A DNA stretch of 64,000 nucleotides, taken from IMG/VR virus record IMGVR_UViG_3300032294_002877, positions 64,001 to 128,000 of that record; one strand, given 5' to 3'. Below are positions 9,153 through 19,585 of this stretch, one piece after another (position 1 is the stretch's first letter; each line of letters opens with the position of its first letter). Under the pieces are notes generated by a model. It searched no databases and was not told the DNA's origin. It was given only the letters and a program-made list of their open reading frames with translations. The translations under genes and the position numbers were made by a program. The DNA is from a virus.

Positions 9153-9820
9153 AGATTTAAATCATTAAGAAAAGCTAGAGATTTTTGACATAACGGATTA
9201 TCATTTTCGTCTAGTTGTATACCTATAAAAAAAGATTTATTGTCCCTAGGAATATAATTACTAGAATTGTATTCACATCTATAAATATTAGGAGATATAT
9301 AATAATTATACACAAAGCTATTAAGCATCTCTTGGTCTTTACCCCAACCCGTATCGTTTTCAGATATAAACTTGATAAAAAACTCTTCAAAAACATTCCC
9401 AATGTTTCTCATGCCAATTAAACCCCCAGGAACCTGAGAGTGCCACGGATGGTCTCTGATAATAAAAAAGTTACTATCTGAATCTATCCAATTATCTATA
9501 TAAGTTTTTTCTCTGCTAGTCAGACGAGAATCGAGATCCCTTGCTATGCATGGAGTATTATTAAAAAAAGATAAATATCTCCAAAACATTCGGGCATTGA
9601 ATAATTTTTCTCCTAATCCAAATGAATCTGGATCAACAACCGAAACATTTCTATATGTTTTTAATTTTTTAATTGTCTCATAAGACGTTACTTTATCATT
9701 GGTATAAATGGTAACAGTCCAGTCAGGCATGATTTCGGATGCTATCTGTGCATTTTTATATGCTCCTACAACATATTTAGGATCATCTCCATAAAGACAA
9801 AAAGATATAGTTTTATTCAT
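9149..9820 (-). CDS. glycan-biosynthesis protein (GT-like)
   Basis: ISFCLYGDDPKY..GAYKN, MFWRY, IARDLDSR, IIRDHPWH, W.KDQ. Confidence 0.6.
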   Translation of the reverse strand: MNKTISFCLYGDDPKYVVGAYKNAQIASEIMPDWTVTIYTNDKVTSYETIKKLKTYRNVSVVDPDSFGLGEKLFNARMFWRYLSFFNNTPCIARDLDSRLTSREKTYIDNWIDSDSNFFIIRDHPWHSQVPGGLIGMRNIGNVFEEFFIKFISENDTGWGKDQEMLNSFVYNYYISPNIYRCEYNSSNYIPRDNKSFFIGIQLDENDNPLCQKSLAFLNDLNL

Positions 9821-9821
9821 A

Positions 9822-10823
9822 TTATTTTTCTTCTATAATTTTTTCTAAAAAGTTTAACAGATATTCTTCATCGAAATATATTGGCAGTTTGTTATCTATA
9901 AAGAATGGTTCGCCAAGCATTTTTACCATTTTAGTTTTATCATTTATTAATTCGTCTAAATAAGAAAAAACATCCTCTAGACTTTGAAATTTATGACAAT
10001 TAACAAAACTGTCAGGATTGAATCCTTCATTTTCTATAAATCTATTGCCCCAGAAAATAGGAATCGTATTCGCAGCAAATGCGTGTATTATTTTTTCCTG
10101 AGTAAGATGATCAGTATCTGTATACTGAAAAGCAATATTAAAAAAACAGTCTTCAAAAAATTTAATTTTATCTCTATATACTAGTCCATCTATTTTCCCT
10201 ATATAGTTTGGATTTGAGTAATTATGATATTGACTCGTATTAAGAGTTTCTTCTGGTGAAACTGTATTTTTGAATGCTCCACTAGCTTTAATCCAGTATT
10301 TTTTTTCTATGATATCACAAAGTTTTTTTCTATCTTCATTAAAACTATTCTGGACTATACTACAAAAATATTTTTTGGTATAGAAAATTTGTCTTGCGTC
10401 TCTTTTTTGTGTTAACCAGCCGAATTTATTTTCAAACAATCCCCCTTCATTATGAAGAACGTATGCATCCAATACATACGTTGGAAATCTAAGATATCTG
10501 TCATGTTCTATGTGTTCATATCCAAGAACATAATTATTCTCTCCACGAGTCAAATGACTATGATATCCGGGATTAGCTTCTCCGCTAATGAATATCTTTT
10601 TTACATTACTGGAATAATCGCCTATTCCTCGTATCTTTTTTTTAGTAAAATAATCTATTTCATTTTCTATGTAAAATAAATTACTATATATAACTATATC
10701 AGGATTTTCGCTATCTATTACAACTTCGTATTTTAGATTCAAGATTTCAATAAAATAATTAATCCAAGAAAAATTTCCAACATTATGAAAATTAGATCTA
10801 GATATTTTAAGTAATTTCTTCAT
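9822..10823 (-). CDS. alpha-1,3-fucosyltransferase-like (GT10)
   Basis: IFISGE, LRFP, FNIAFQ.......TQEKI.HAF.ANTIPIFWG, FNPDSFVN. Confidence 0.8.
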   Translation of the reverse strand: MKKLLKISRSNFHNVGNFSWINYFIEILNLKYEVVIDSENPDIVIYSNLFYIENEIDYFTKKKIRGIGDYSSNVKKIFISGEANPGYHSHLTRGENNYVLGYEHIEHDRYLRFPTYVLDAYVLHNEGGLFENKFGWLTQKRDARQIFYTKKYFCSIVQNSFNEDRKKLCDIIEKKYWIKASGAFKNTVSPEETLNTSQYHNYSNPNYIGKIDGLVYRDKIKFFEDCFFNIAFQYTDTDHLTQEKIIHAFAANTIPIFWGNRFIENEGFNPDSFVNCHKFQSLEDVFSYLDELINDKTKMVKMLGEPFFIDNKLPIYFDEEYLLNFLEKIIEEK

Positions 10824-10827
10824 TGGT

Positions 10828-11430
10828 CTATTGCTTTAGAAAAATCCCTGTAACCAAACCACTTTCAGACCAACGATTATCTTCGATACATTCTAATGTT
10901 TTAAAATTATTTTTTGTAAATATGTCTGCAAGATTTTGACTATTGAAATAATTTACATGAGCAGGATCATTGTAGCATTTTTCGTAAGGTACGCACACTA
11001 TAATATGTCCACCGCTCTTAAGACTGACATAAAATTTTTGTAAGATATAATCCAAATCTTCTGGATATATATGCTCTAACGTATGAAATGTATAGATTGT
11101 ATCAAAATAGTTATCAAAATTTTCATTCAAAAAATTGCCAGATAAAAATTTGACTTTATCTATTTTAAGTTTCTCTTTAGTTTCGATAGCTAGTGATATT
11201 GAATTCTCATTTATATCATAACCTATAACTGAATCAATTGAGCCAATTTCGCTAAGTAAAAAAGTGCAGGCGCCATGATTACAGCCAAAATCTAGGACAT
11301 GCCCTTTCGCTATGTCTGAATAATGTCTCATAATTTGGCCATTAGGATGATCTCTCCATTTATCTGGAATAGGATCTCTTGTTATGTACTGTTCTTTTTC
11401 TTTATATTTTATTATGTCTATATTCGTCAT
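10828..11430 (-). CDS. class I SAM-dependent methyltransferase
   Basis: VLDFGCNHG, FDTIYTFHTLEHI. Confidence 0.85.
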   Translation of the reverse strand: MTNIDIIKYKEKEQYITRDPIPDKWRDHPNGQIMRHYSDIAKGHVLDFGCNHGACTFLLSEIGSIDSVIGYDINENSISLAIETKEKLKIDKVKFLSGNFLNENFDNYFDTIYTFHTLEHIYPEDLDYILQKFYVSLKSGGHIIVCVPYEKCYNDPAHVNYFNSQNLADIFTKNNFKTLECIEDNRWSESGLVTGIFLKQ

Positions 11431-12701
11431 AGGTTTCCTGTTATCCTTTCACACCAACCTTTGCTCTTGCTGAAAGGCCAAACGACCCAATATTTTGGTT
11501 TAACGGCAGTTGGGAATTCTCTCCAAACTTTACAATAATTATCCGGATCATGTTTCATACTATTTATTTCGTTTATATCAGCATCTTTTCGATACAGAGT
11601 ATTATCATTCTCATCATGGAAAGCAACTACCCAAAATTCGTAATCATTTTCTGGAACTTGACTATACTGAATATCTATGCAGTGCTTAAAGATACTAGAA
11701 AAACTACTCATCCAATCTTCTTCGCTATTAAACACATAGGGGTTGGGTGGGTATTGTTTATCTAAAGTATATTGCTGAACAGCTCTTTTAGAAAAAAGAA
11801 TTCCAGCATATTTTTCATAATCTCTTAAAGATCTTTCGGTGCCAAATCCATATATTCCATCGTGGCCCTCTTGTTTTTCTCCATCCATTCCAAAAAGTTT
11901 TCTGTTAGTTAAGTGAGAGGTATTGTTTTTTTCTCCCCATTTAGGATCATCATCCCATTGTTTTGTTCGTCCTTTTCTTGTATATTCATGCCATATAAGA
12001 GCCTTATGAGGATGAAATAGATCATAGCCATAAGTAAATGCTCTGACCCCAACACTGATCTCCTCGCCATGGAAATAGTAATTAGGATTATGCTGGACTT
12101 CTTTGCTAAATTGTCCAAGAGTGAAACAGAAGTGAGCCGAATAAAATCTTGCCGGGACCGGAGAGTCTAATGATTCATGATTAGGTATAGTTTCCGGTAG
12201 AAAGAAAACAGCACCCTCTGGAATAAATCTATCAAAAACCATCCTCCAAGGTTCCCTCGCTCTGCCAGCCGGATCGTTGTTGGGATCAAAAGACGATACG
12301 TACCCTGTAAGTAGGGGTTTTTTGTACCCTTTGGTCTGTAAACTCTCTATCATCTCAATAAATTCAGTATCCCAATTTTTAGCAAATCTCATATGGGAAT
12401 CTATTTGCATAGTATATTTTTCATCTTTATATAATTGCTGAACTTGATGCCGAGCCCAACACACACCTTTAGATTCTTTATATGGGATATTTAATATTCT
12501 GAATCTGTTATCCTGTTCATATTTATCTAGATTATCAAATTTATCTTCAGGATGATATTGTCTTGCTATCCCAAAAACAAGATTTTCTGGATTAGAAGCA
12601 TTATTTAATGCATCTTCAATAGTCAGAACTAATTGAGGATCCCTATAAGAAGCTATTTGTATAAAAATAGTATCAGTTTTCTTTTCTTGCGTTTGATTCA
12701 T
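11427..12701 (-). CDS. Skp1-type GlcNAc transferase family (GT60-like)
   Basis: IFIQIASYRDP, SKGVCWAR, MQIDSHMRF..NWD, YFHGEEI..R.FT.GYD. Confidence 0.85.
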   Translation of the reverse strand: MNQTQEKKTDTIFIQIASYRDPQLVLTIEDALNNASNPENLVFGIARQYHPEDKFDNLDKYEQDNRFRILNIPYKESKGVCWARHQVQQLYKDEKYTMQIDSHMRFAKNWDTEFIEMIESLQTKGYKKPLLTGYVSSFDPNNDPAGRAREPWRMVFDRFIPEGAVFFLPETIPNHESLDSPVPARFYSAHFCFTLGQFSKEVQHNPNYYFHGEEISVGVRAFTYGYDLFHPHKALIWHEYTRKGRTKQWDDDPKWGEKNNTSHLTNRKLFGMDGEKQEGHDGIYGFGTERSLRDYEKYAGILFSKRAVQQYTLDKQYPPNPYVFNSEEDWMSSFSSIFKHCIDIQYSQVPENDYEFWVVAFHDENDNTLYRKDADINEINSMKHDPDNYCKVWREFPTAVKPKYWVVWPFSKSKGWCERITGNL

Positions 12702-14322
12702 AAAAGTGAACTCTGTTGTGAAAGATTGGACTAGCTAATAATATTGCCGAAGAAACCTTCTTATCTCTTGTTAAAGAATATATGTGACTCATCCATGTTT
12801 GTTCAAACGGATAGGCCCATGTTGTATCAAGGAATAACTTTTGATTACCCTTCTGACCTATAATATGAGGCCAATTACAATAGTAAATTTCTCCATCAAC
12901 ATACGGGTTTCCGTTTATCGTTTTTATGTTATTAAATACTGTGTTTGGTTTGCTATTTATGTTACCAAAATATTCTATCTTTTTGTCGTGTGGTAAATTA
13001 TGCCAACTCCATTGTTCTCCGTTATGACCATAAAATTCACTAAATGAAAATTTTAGAAAATCATAATCTTCTTTATCCATAATTTTTATTAGAGTATCGA
13101 ATAAATTATTTACTTTTCTTTTGAATCCGAAACCACAAGTTTCATCTATTTCCATTCTTAGTAACATATCGTCTTCAAAAAACATCATATACTGGGATTG
13201 GCTATCTCTAAAGTGTTCTGCGGCTCTTTGTCTTGCTCTGCATATTCCTAAGTTTCCTTCACGTATTTCTTCTACAAAATCGTATTTTCCTATTATCTCT
13301 TCGTAGGCAGGAAACAGTTCTTCTTCAGTTGTGTTGTTTATTAGTATCTTTTTGGTATTATTGAGGAATTTTTGATCATATTTTTCAAATGAATCAAGTA
13401 CCATCTGTAATTGTTCAGGCGAATTAAATGCATTTATATATAGAAGAATATCTTCATTTTTGTGAATAGAATCTTTTCTTTTGATTTGTAATTGTGTCTT
13501 TTCTGTTTTTACATTTTCAAAAAACGTATTAATAAGACCATCACTATTGATCATTTCGTGTTGAAAAATATCTGGTTTTAGATATGTCATCAACGTAAAA
13601 ATACTTTCCTCAGTACCCATAAATCCTTGATTAAGAGTATCATTTAATAATGAATAGTATAGATCGTTTGCCGAAGATATGTAGTCTTTATGGCCACCGA
13701 AGAACCCTCCTCTAGCCACTCTATTGACATTCATATCACATATGTTGTTCATCTTATTAATATCGAAACCGTGTATTTCGCTATTTGTTTCGTAAGGGAA
13801 ACATACAAACAAGAATTTTTTTACAAATTTCTCTATTTTGTCTACAACATTATCACTACTAAAGTATCCGGTATGAACAGTATTACTTATTCCTCCGTCT
13901 AGCCAAAAGTAGTAGTCAGAATCAAATGGGTTGTATAGTTTAGCGTTATGCAAGAGAAACATTTTACTCATAACCATAGGATTATACCATTCCATGGTTG
14001 CTTGAGTACTATCTCTAAGCCACCCAGCTTGAGCCAGCCACGCTTCATTCTGTCTTATTGCTTGTATTTTATCGAAAAATGGAAAAAATCCACCAGAAAA
14101 ATCCTCTTTTCTATGAGGATAAACTACTGTATTGGATCTATCTCGTACCTTCCAAACCATATCTTCTAGAGATGGATCTATAAATATAGCAAGATTGATA
14201 TTTTTAACAGATAATAGGTCGTTAAACTTTGATATATAGTGGTCAAAACCCCTAGACCAACCTTGTGAAAGATCGCCCCTACCTAGATCCCATATACCTG
14301 TGACAATAGTAGTGGAGCGCAT
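12673..14322 (-). CDS. HtrL/YibB-like domain fused to a GT-A-like domain
   Basis: TTIVTGIWDLGR, KMFLLHNA...NPF.SDYYFWLDGG, GGFFGG, GTEESI; C-terminal FFEDD motif. Confidence 0.7.
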   Translation of the reverse strand: MRSTTIVTGIWDLGRGDLSQGWSRGFDHYISKFNDLLSVKNINLAIFIDPSLEDMVWKVRDRSNTVVYPHRKEDFSGGFFPFFDKIQAIRQNEAWLAQAGWLRDSTQATMEWYNPMVMSKMFLLHNAKLYNPFDSDYYFWLDGGISNTVHTGYFSSDNVVDKIEKFVKKFLFVCFPYETNSEIHGFDINKMNNICDMNVNRVARGGFFGGHKDYISSANDLYYSLLNDTLNQGFMGTEESIFTLMTYLKPDIFQHEMINSDGLINTFFENVKTEKTQLQIKRKDSIHKNEDILLYINAFNSPEQLQMVLDSFEKYDQKFLNNTKKILINNTTEEELFPAYEEIIGKYDFVEEIREGNLGICRARQRAAEHFRDSQSQYMMFFEDDMLLRMEIDETCGFGFKRKVNNLFDTLIKIMDKEDYDFLKFSFSEFYGHNGEQWSWHNLPHDKKIEYFGNINSKPNTVFNNIKTINGNPYVDGEIYYCNWPHIIGQKGNQKLFLDTTWAYPFEQTWMSHIYSLTRDKKVSSAILLASPIFHNRVHFYESNARKEN

Positions 14323-14367
14323 AAAGACTAATTATTACCTAAGTAGTATATCTACCCGACCTGCATA

Positions 14368-14396
14368 ATCTTATGCTCAAAATGATGTTATGTCAA
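14368..14396 (-). promoter_or_regulatory. sigma70-type promoter (leftward)
   Basis: On the minus strand TTGACA-17 nt-TAAGAT, upstream of the minus-strand glycosylation arm. Confidence 0.7.
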
Positions 14397-14429
14397 GAAA
14401 AAAGATTTTTAGACTTCGCATCATGTGTC

Positions 14430-14458
14430 TTGACACAATCGAATCATCAGGTTATCAT
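14430..14458 (+). promoter_or_regulatory. sigma70-type promoter (rightward)
   Basis: TTGACA-17 nt-TATCAT; forms a divergent pair with the leftward promoter. Confidence 0.75.
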
Positions 14459-14502
14459 ATGGTTGTAAGTTTTAAGTTTACCGTTGATACTTTTTTCAGA
14501 AA

Positions 14503-14709
14503 ATGAACAAAAACAAAGACGATTTTAGTGATAGAAAGGACTTTCGTAGGAAAAACCTTAAAAACAAATCCTTGGATAAAAGGGATAAGTTTGAAGACGA
14601 TGCCTATATCCCAAAAGCTCGAAAAGAAATAAAAAAGAAAGTACAAGATATGCGAGCTGAAGAAATTTGGGAAGACTGGGAAGACTGGGAAGATCACTAC
14701 AATAAATAA
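14503..14709 (+). CDS. small highly charged hypothetical protein
   Basis: 68 aa, K/D/E-rich; first gene after the promoter. Confidence 0.55.
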   Translation: MNKNKDDFSDRKDFRRKNLKNKSLDKRDKFEDDAYIPKARKEIKKKVQDMRAEEIWEDWEDWEDHYNK

Positions 14710-14721
14710 AAGAATATCCAG

Positions 14722-14967
14722 ATGACTAAATACATTGAAGAACTCAATAATGGAGATTCTTTTACCATAGATTCTATTATCTACATTCTTACCACAGACT
14801 TTAAAAGATCTGGAGAAAGATCCGCCGTATCGACTAAAGATGGGCGTTGTAGGTGGTTTGGTCCAAGTCAGATAGTTAATACTTGCCAACTATATAGTAT
14901 GGATAAAGACAATAACATAATACCTATCAAGATATCAGAGAAACCAAATGCTTTTAATCAAACTTAA
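14722..14967 (+). CDS. hypothetical protein
   Basis: 81-aa ORF in operon. Confidence 0.55.
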   Translation: MTKYIEELNNGDSFTIDSIIYILTTDFKRSGERSAVSTKDGRCRWFGPSQIVNTCQLYSMDKDNNIIPIKISEKPNAFNQT

Positions 14968-15199
14968 AGTATTTTTGCGGTCTTTATTTTTCCATATCTA
15001 TTCTGGATTTCCAAAATCTACGAAAGAAGAAATACTCTACAGATTTTCTATATGTAAATTATGCACTAGATATAACGCTATTAAATCAGAATGCATGGAA
15101 TGTGGATGTAATCTTAGCGAAAAAAAAATATTTTTAAACAAATTAGCTTGGGCAGACCAAGAGTGTCCTATAGGTAAATGGCCCAAAATCAAAAGGTGA
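14948..15199 (+). CDS. small Cys-rich (Zn-binding) protein
   Basis: CKLC...CMECGC...CPIGKW. Confidence 0.65.
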   Translation: MLLIKLKVFLRSLFFHIYSGFPKSTKEEILYRFSICKLCTRYNAIKSECMECGCNLSEKKIFLNKLAWADQECPIGKWPKIKR

Positions 15200-15202
15200 A
15201 CT

Positions 15203-15760
15203 ATGAAACCTAGAATGGCTGAGAAATATTCAAATATTATTTATACCAATCAAGATATATTTCATAATGCGACTCAAAGAATACTTGGAGGTAATAATGG
15301 AGCTACTGTCTTTATTCCTCATGTATGTAATAATCTAGATATGTTCGGAGCCGGATTTGCTGCTCAAGTTGCGGACAGATACCCTTCTGTAAAAGCCGAT
15401 TACCATATGTTGGGTAGGAATTTTCTAAAAAATAATTTCGGATACGCCCAAATACTTAAAGTTAATGAAGATTCTAAATATAAACATAAGCTATATATAG
15501 TAAATATGATAGCACAAAATGGCATAAAAAATATCACCAACCCAAGACCTCTGCACTACCCTGCTCTGGTTAGAAGCATGACTCAGATAGCACAATTCAT
15601 AAGCGCCAACACAGGATTCCTAAACAAAACAGAAAATGTAGAAATACATGCTCCAAAATTTGGTAGTGGATTAGCTGGAGGAAATTGGAATTTTATACAT
15701 GACCTCATTGTTGATACTTGGGGCAAATTTTTTGTAACAATCTATAACTACAAGAAATAA
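15203..15760 (+). CDS. Macro-domain (ADP-ribose processing) protein
   Basis: HVCNN...FGAGFA, IVNMIAQ, IHAPKFGSGLAGGNW. Confidence 0.85.
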   Translation: MKPRMAEKYSNIIYTNQDIFHNATQRILGGNNGATVFIPHVCNNLDMFGAGFAAQVADRYPSVKADYHMLGRNFLKNNFGYAQILKVNEDSKYKHKLYIVNMIAQNGIKNITNPRPLHYPALVRSMTQIAQFISANTGFLNKTENVEIHAPKFGSGLAGGNWNFIHDLIVDTWGKFFVTIYNYKK

Positions 15761-15762
15761 TA

Positions 15763-16611
15763 ATGGATAAAATATCTACGATAGGACTATTCAGAGACTC
15801 TTCTACAAATATCAAGAATACCCTTGATTCATTAGATGATCTTAAAAAAATATGTTTACCAAGTTTTTATTTTTATGAGAATGATTCCGTTGATGATACA
15901 AAAAACATTATTAAACAATGGATATCTGATCATGACGGTGACTTGTTATCAGAAAATCTAGGAGCACCAAAATATGGCTCTGTAATAGACATTAACAGAT
16001 TTGTATTCTTGTCCTATTATAGAAATAAAGCTAGAGATCTAATAAAAAATACAGAATCTGAATTTACTATTTTATTTGACACTGATATTCTTTTTGATAA
16101 TAATCATATAAACCTATTACTTACAGCAATCAAGAGTTTAGATTGTGCTATGGTAGTATCGAATACAAGACAAGATATACCAGATTTAATGCTAGATGAA
16201 ACACCAGATAGTTTTTATGATGTACTACCGATTAGAGATCTCTATAATAATAGCGGATTATATTTCACAGACTGTCCGTTAGTATTGGATGCGGACAGAG
16301 AAAAATGGCAAGCTAAAGTCCCAGTTAAAATAAATGCAGGTTTTAGTGGATTAGCAATAATAAAAACAGAGATATTAAAAAAATGTAAATGGTCTACATC
16401 CGGTTTAGTGGAGCATATAAATTTTTGTTCAGAGGTCCTTGAGTATAATGATATATATATAATACCAGAATCTAAACCGAGAGTAATATTAGACATCAAG
16501 ACACTACCTATTCATAGGTTTAAAGAGTCAGCGATACAACAGAAACAAATATATCAAAATATTAATATGATATATAATACATCGATATCAAAACATATTA
16601 ACATACAATGA
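15763..16611 (+). CDS. putative glycosyltransferase (GT-A)
   Basis: YFYENDS.D.T, YRNKA, LFDTDI, AGFSGLAI, VEH..FC. Confidence 0.65.
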   Translation: MDKISTIGLFRDSSTNIKNTLDSLDDLKKICLPSFYFYENDSVDDTKNIIKQWISDHDGDLLSENLGAPKYGSVIDINRFVFLSYYRNKARDLIKNTESEFTILFDTDILFDNNHINLLLTAIKSLDCAMVVSNTRQDIPDLMLDETPDSFYDVLPIRDLYNNSGLYFTDCPLVLDADREKWQAKVPVKINAGFSGLAIIKTEILKKCKWSTSGLVEHINFCSEVLEYNDIYIIPESKPRVILDIKTLPIHRFKESAIQQKQIYQNINMIYNTSISKHINIQ

Positions 16612-17570
16612 ATAAATACATTAAAAATATTATAGATGATCAGTTCTCAGTATACGAGAAACCCCAAAACTATAGTATAGATGATATTATGCTTGAGGAT
16701 GATGATATATTATTACAATATGCAGATAATAATATTAACTTAAACGCAAAAGACAATTTGAGCCCAGGATGTAAGTATAGATTAGAACTATTACTGCCTT
16801 ATATTCATAATTATATAACAAATAGAAATATTAAGAAATTTGATCTTCTAATAGGCTTGGGAGATTTGATTAGAAAAGAACACAATATACCATCAATATG
16901 TTTTTCAAAAAATAAAACAATAAATAGCATACTAATTCCAAATATAGATTTTTTCACCGGAGCAATACACCAGTTCTTCACCACTGTACAAAAAACAGAT
17001 ATACCCTACACTCTCAAGCTTAAGAATTCTATATTTATAGGATCATCAACAGGACCATTTAAGAACAATACACGAGCACTGTTCTGTGATATGTGTCTCG
17101 GTTCAGATAGACACAAAGCATATATTCATAACTTATGTCAAAACGACAGAGAAGAATGGATCAAAGAGTATCCGAATATTGAGAAATCTATTGTTGAAGG
17201 TATTGGTATATGGGATCAAATTAAGAGTAAAGTTGTAGTAAATATCGACGGCAATACTGCATGTTGGAGCAGACTGTATTGGCAGATGTTGTCCAACTCT
17301 ATCCCTGTATATATTAATAAAATCGATACTGATATTCAGTTTTTTGACTACATAGATAATAGTAGTACCTACGTATCTTGTTCTTTATCAGACTCTATTA
17401 AAACTATCAATTCTATTTTAGATTTATCTGACAATAATAAACAAATCACAGAGATGAATCAGGCAGGTAAAGAATATGTAACAAATTGCTTCGCCCCCTA
17501 TATGCAAAATCCAGTAGAATTTCTGAAAACTACTATTACAGAAATTTTGGATAGATTACTACTAAATTGA
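16608..17570 (+). CDS. GT90-like glycosyltransferase
   Basis: IFIGSSTG, K.VVNIDGNTACWSRL. Confidence 0.7.
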   Translation: MNKYIKNIIDDQFSVYEKPQNYSIDDIMLEDDDILLQYADNNINLNAKDNLSPGCKYRLELLLPYIHNYITNRNIKKFDLLIGLGDLIRKEHNIPSICFSKNKTINSILIPNIDFFTGAIHQFFTTVQKTDIPYTLKLKNSIFIGSSTGPFKNNTRALFCDMCLGSDRHKAYIHNLCQNDREEWIKEYPNIEKSIVEGIGIWDQIKSKVVVNIDGNTACWSRLYWQMLSNSIPVYINKIDTDIQFFDYIDNSSTYVSCSLSDSIKTINSILDLSDNNKQITEMNQAGKEYVTNCFAPYMQNPVEFLKTTITEILDRLLLN

Positions 17571-17571
17571 T

Positions 17572-18210
17572 ATGAAAATCGCTCTGATATACTCTGGTCT
17601 GCCATCTTTTGATCAAGAGATATTTGATAATCATTACAAATATATCATCAAGCCATATAATCCTGATATTTTTATAAGCACGTATGAATCAGAAAAGATA
17701 TCTGATATACATAATACATATAAGCCTAAATCTATTCATATAGAAGACTACAGCCTTATAGAACCATATTTAGAAAAATTATCATCTTTTATATTAAATG
17801 TTTGTCATGAAACCAAAGTAGTGAATAGCTTATCTATGTTCTATAAAATACATAGAGGTTTCTGTTTAATTGATAACTCATATGATATTATTATTAGAAA
17901 TAGATTCGATATTAAATTTGATAAACAGCTTGAGATAGAACAAAATGCTTCTCTTAATGTTCCTTTTGGCGGCGATCACAGGGGAGGACTAATGGATATG
18001 TTTGCTTATGGAAACTATGAAAATATGTCGGTTTATAGTAATCTAGTATTGTTTATAGCTAGTTATTTGCGTTATCATAATGCTGTATTTCACCCAGAGT
18101 CTCTTTTAAGAGGTCATTGTAAAATAAATAATATTGATATCAAGAGATTTGATTTTAATATTTATTTAAGAGGTATGTGTTTCAACGATACGGCTCCAAC
18201 ATACTATTAA
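17572..18210 (+). CDS. glycan-biosynthesis protein (GT-like)
   Basis: MKIALIYSG, SMFYKI, YDIIIRNRFD, D.FAYG, PESLL. Confidence 0.6.
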   Translation: MKIALIYSGLPSFDQEIFDNHYKYIIKPYNPDIFISTYESEKISDIHNTYKPKSIHIEDYSLIEPYLEKLSSFILNVCHETKVVNSLSMFYKIHRGFCLIDNSYDIIIRNRFDIKFDKQLEIEQNASLNVPFGGDHRGGLMDMFAYGNYENMSVYSNLVLFIASYLRYHNAVFHPESLLRGHCKINNIDIKRFDFNIYLRGMCFNDTAPTYY

Positions 18211-18214
18211 TACA

Positions 18215-19585
18215 ATGATTAAACTAATTATTTTCGATATGGATGGAGTATTGGTCGATATCAAAAATATGCATTTTGATACTCTAAATGAAGCATTACG
18301 TAATTATGACCCAAAATTTTCTATATCTTATGAAGAGCATATAGCAAAATATGATGGGTTGAAAACTAAAGACAAATTACATATACTAACAGCAGAAAAA
18401 AATCTACCACCGCAGTCCTATGACACAATATGGAAAGATAAACAAAAAGCAACGATCAAATACGTTAGAACTCTAAAACAAAACACCATAATATACAGCA
18501 CCCTCAAAACCCTAAAAGAACAAGGTTATATTCTGGCAGTTGCATCAAACTCCATAAGAGATACTGTCAAACATGTTTTAGTATCAACAGGATACATAGA
18601 TCATATCGATTTCTTCTATTCTAATGACGATGTTGCACGGTCTAAGCCAGATACAGAAATATATCTAAAATGTATGATTAGAGCCGGAATTGCTCCCAAA
18701 GAAACCGTTATTTTAGAAGATTCTCCAGTAGGTATTCATGGAGCAGAGATGAGCGGAGCCCATGTTATTCAAATTAAAAATACATCAGATATTAATAATA
18801 ATTTAATTAGTAGGATTAATAATATGCATATAAAAACAACAGGATCTAAATGGAATGACCCAAAACTAAATATTGTCGTACCTATGGCCGGAGCAGGGTC
18901 AAGATTTGAACAAGCCGGGTATACATTTCCTAAACCTCTTATTGAGGTTCATGGCCAGCCTATGATCAAAACAATAGTCGATAATCTGAATATTGATGCA
19001 AATTATATTTTTATAGTTCAAAAACAGCATTATGAAAAATATAATCTTCAATATTTAATGAATATGATCACGCCGAACTGTAAAATCATACAGGTTGATG
19101 GCGTTACTGAAGGAGCTGCGTGTACAGTTTTATTGGCTAAAGATCTAATAGACAACGATTCACCATTGCTTTTAGCAAACTCAGATCAGTTTGTAGAGTG
19201 GAATAGTTATGATTTCATGTACTACTGCTCTAATTCTACAACAGATGGATGTATATTAACATTTAAATCCATTCACCCAAAATGGTCATATGCAAAACTA
19301 GATAATAACGGATTAGTAACAGAGGTAGCAGAAAAAAAACCAATATCAGATATCGCTACTGTCGGCATATATTTTTGGAAACACGGTTCAGATTTTGTAA
19401 AATATGCGAATCGTATGATAGAAAAAGATATTAGAGTTAATAATGAATTTTATGTATGCCCAGTATACAACCAAGCTATTCAGGATAATAAAAAGATTAA
19501 TACATATAATATCTCAAATATGTGGGGACTCGGAACTCCAGAGGATTTAAACAAATTCGTAGAAAACTACGAGGGAGATATATGA
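18215..19585 (+). CDS. HAD phosphatase fused to a sugar-phosphate nucleotidyltransferase
   Basis: DMDGVLVD, KPD, ILEDS in the N-terminal half; IVVPMAGAGSRF..AGYTFPKPLI, LANSDQ, GLGTPEDL in the C-terminal half. Confidence 0.85.
   Translation: MIKLIIFDMDGVLVDIKNMHFDTLNEALRNYDPKFSISYEEHIAKYDGLKTKDKLHILTAEKNLPPQSYDTIWKDKQKATIKYVRTLKQNTIIYSTLKTLKEQGYILAVASNSIRDTVKHVLVSTGYIDHIDFFYSNDDVARSKPDTEIYLKCMIRAGIAPKETVILEDSPVGIHGAEMSGAHVIQIKNTSDINNNLISRINNMHIKTTGSKWNDPKLNIVVPMAGAGSRFEQAGYTFPKPLIEVHGQPMIKTIVDNLNIDANYIFIVQKQHYEKYNLQYLMNMITPNCKIIQVDGVTEGAACTVLLAKDLIDNDSPLLLANSDQFVEWNSYDFMYYCSNSTTDGCILTFKSIHPKWSYAKLDNNGLVTEVAEKKPISDIATVGIYFWKHGSDFVKYANRMIEKDIRVNNEFYVCPVYNQAIQDNKKINTYNISNMWGLGTPEDLNKFVENYEGDI

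Noticed and set aside
14322-14503. tRNA or ncRNA in the larger intergenic gaps
   Set aside because: Explained by divergent promoters; no cloverleaf or T-loop (GTTC) signature seen by eye here or in other gaps
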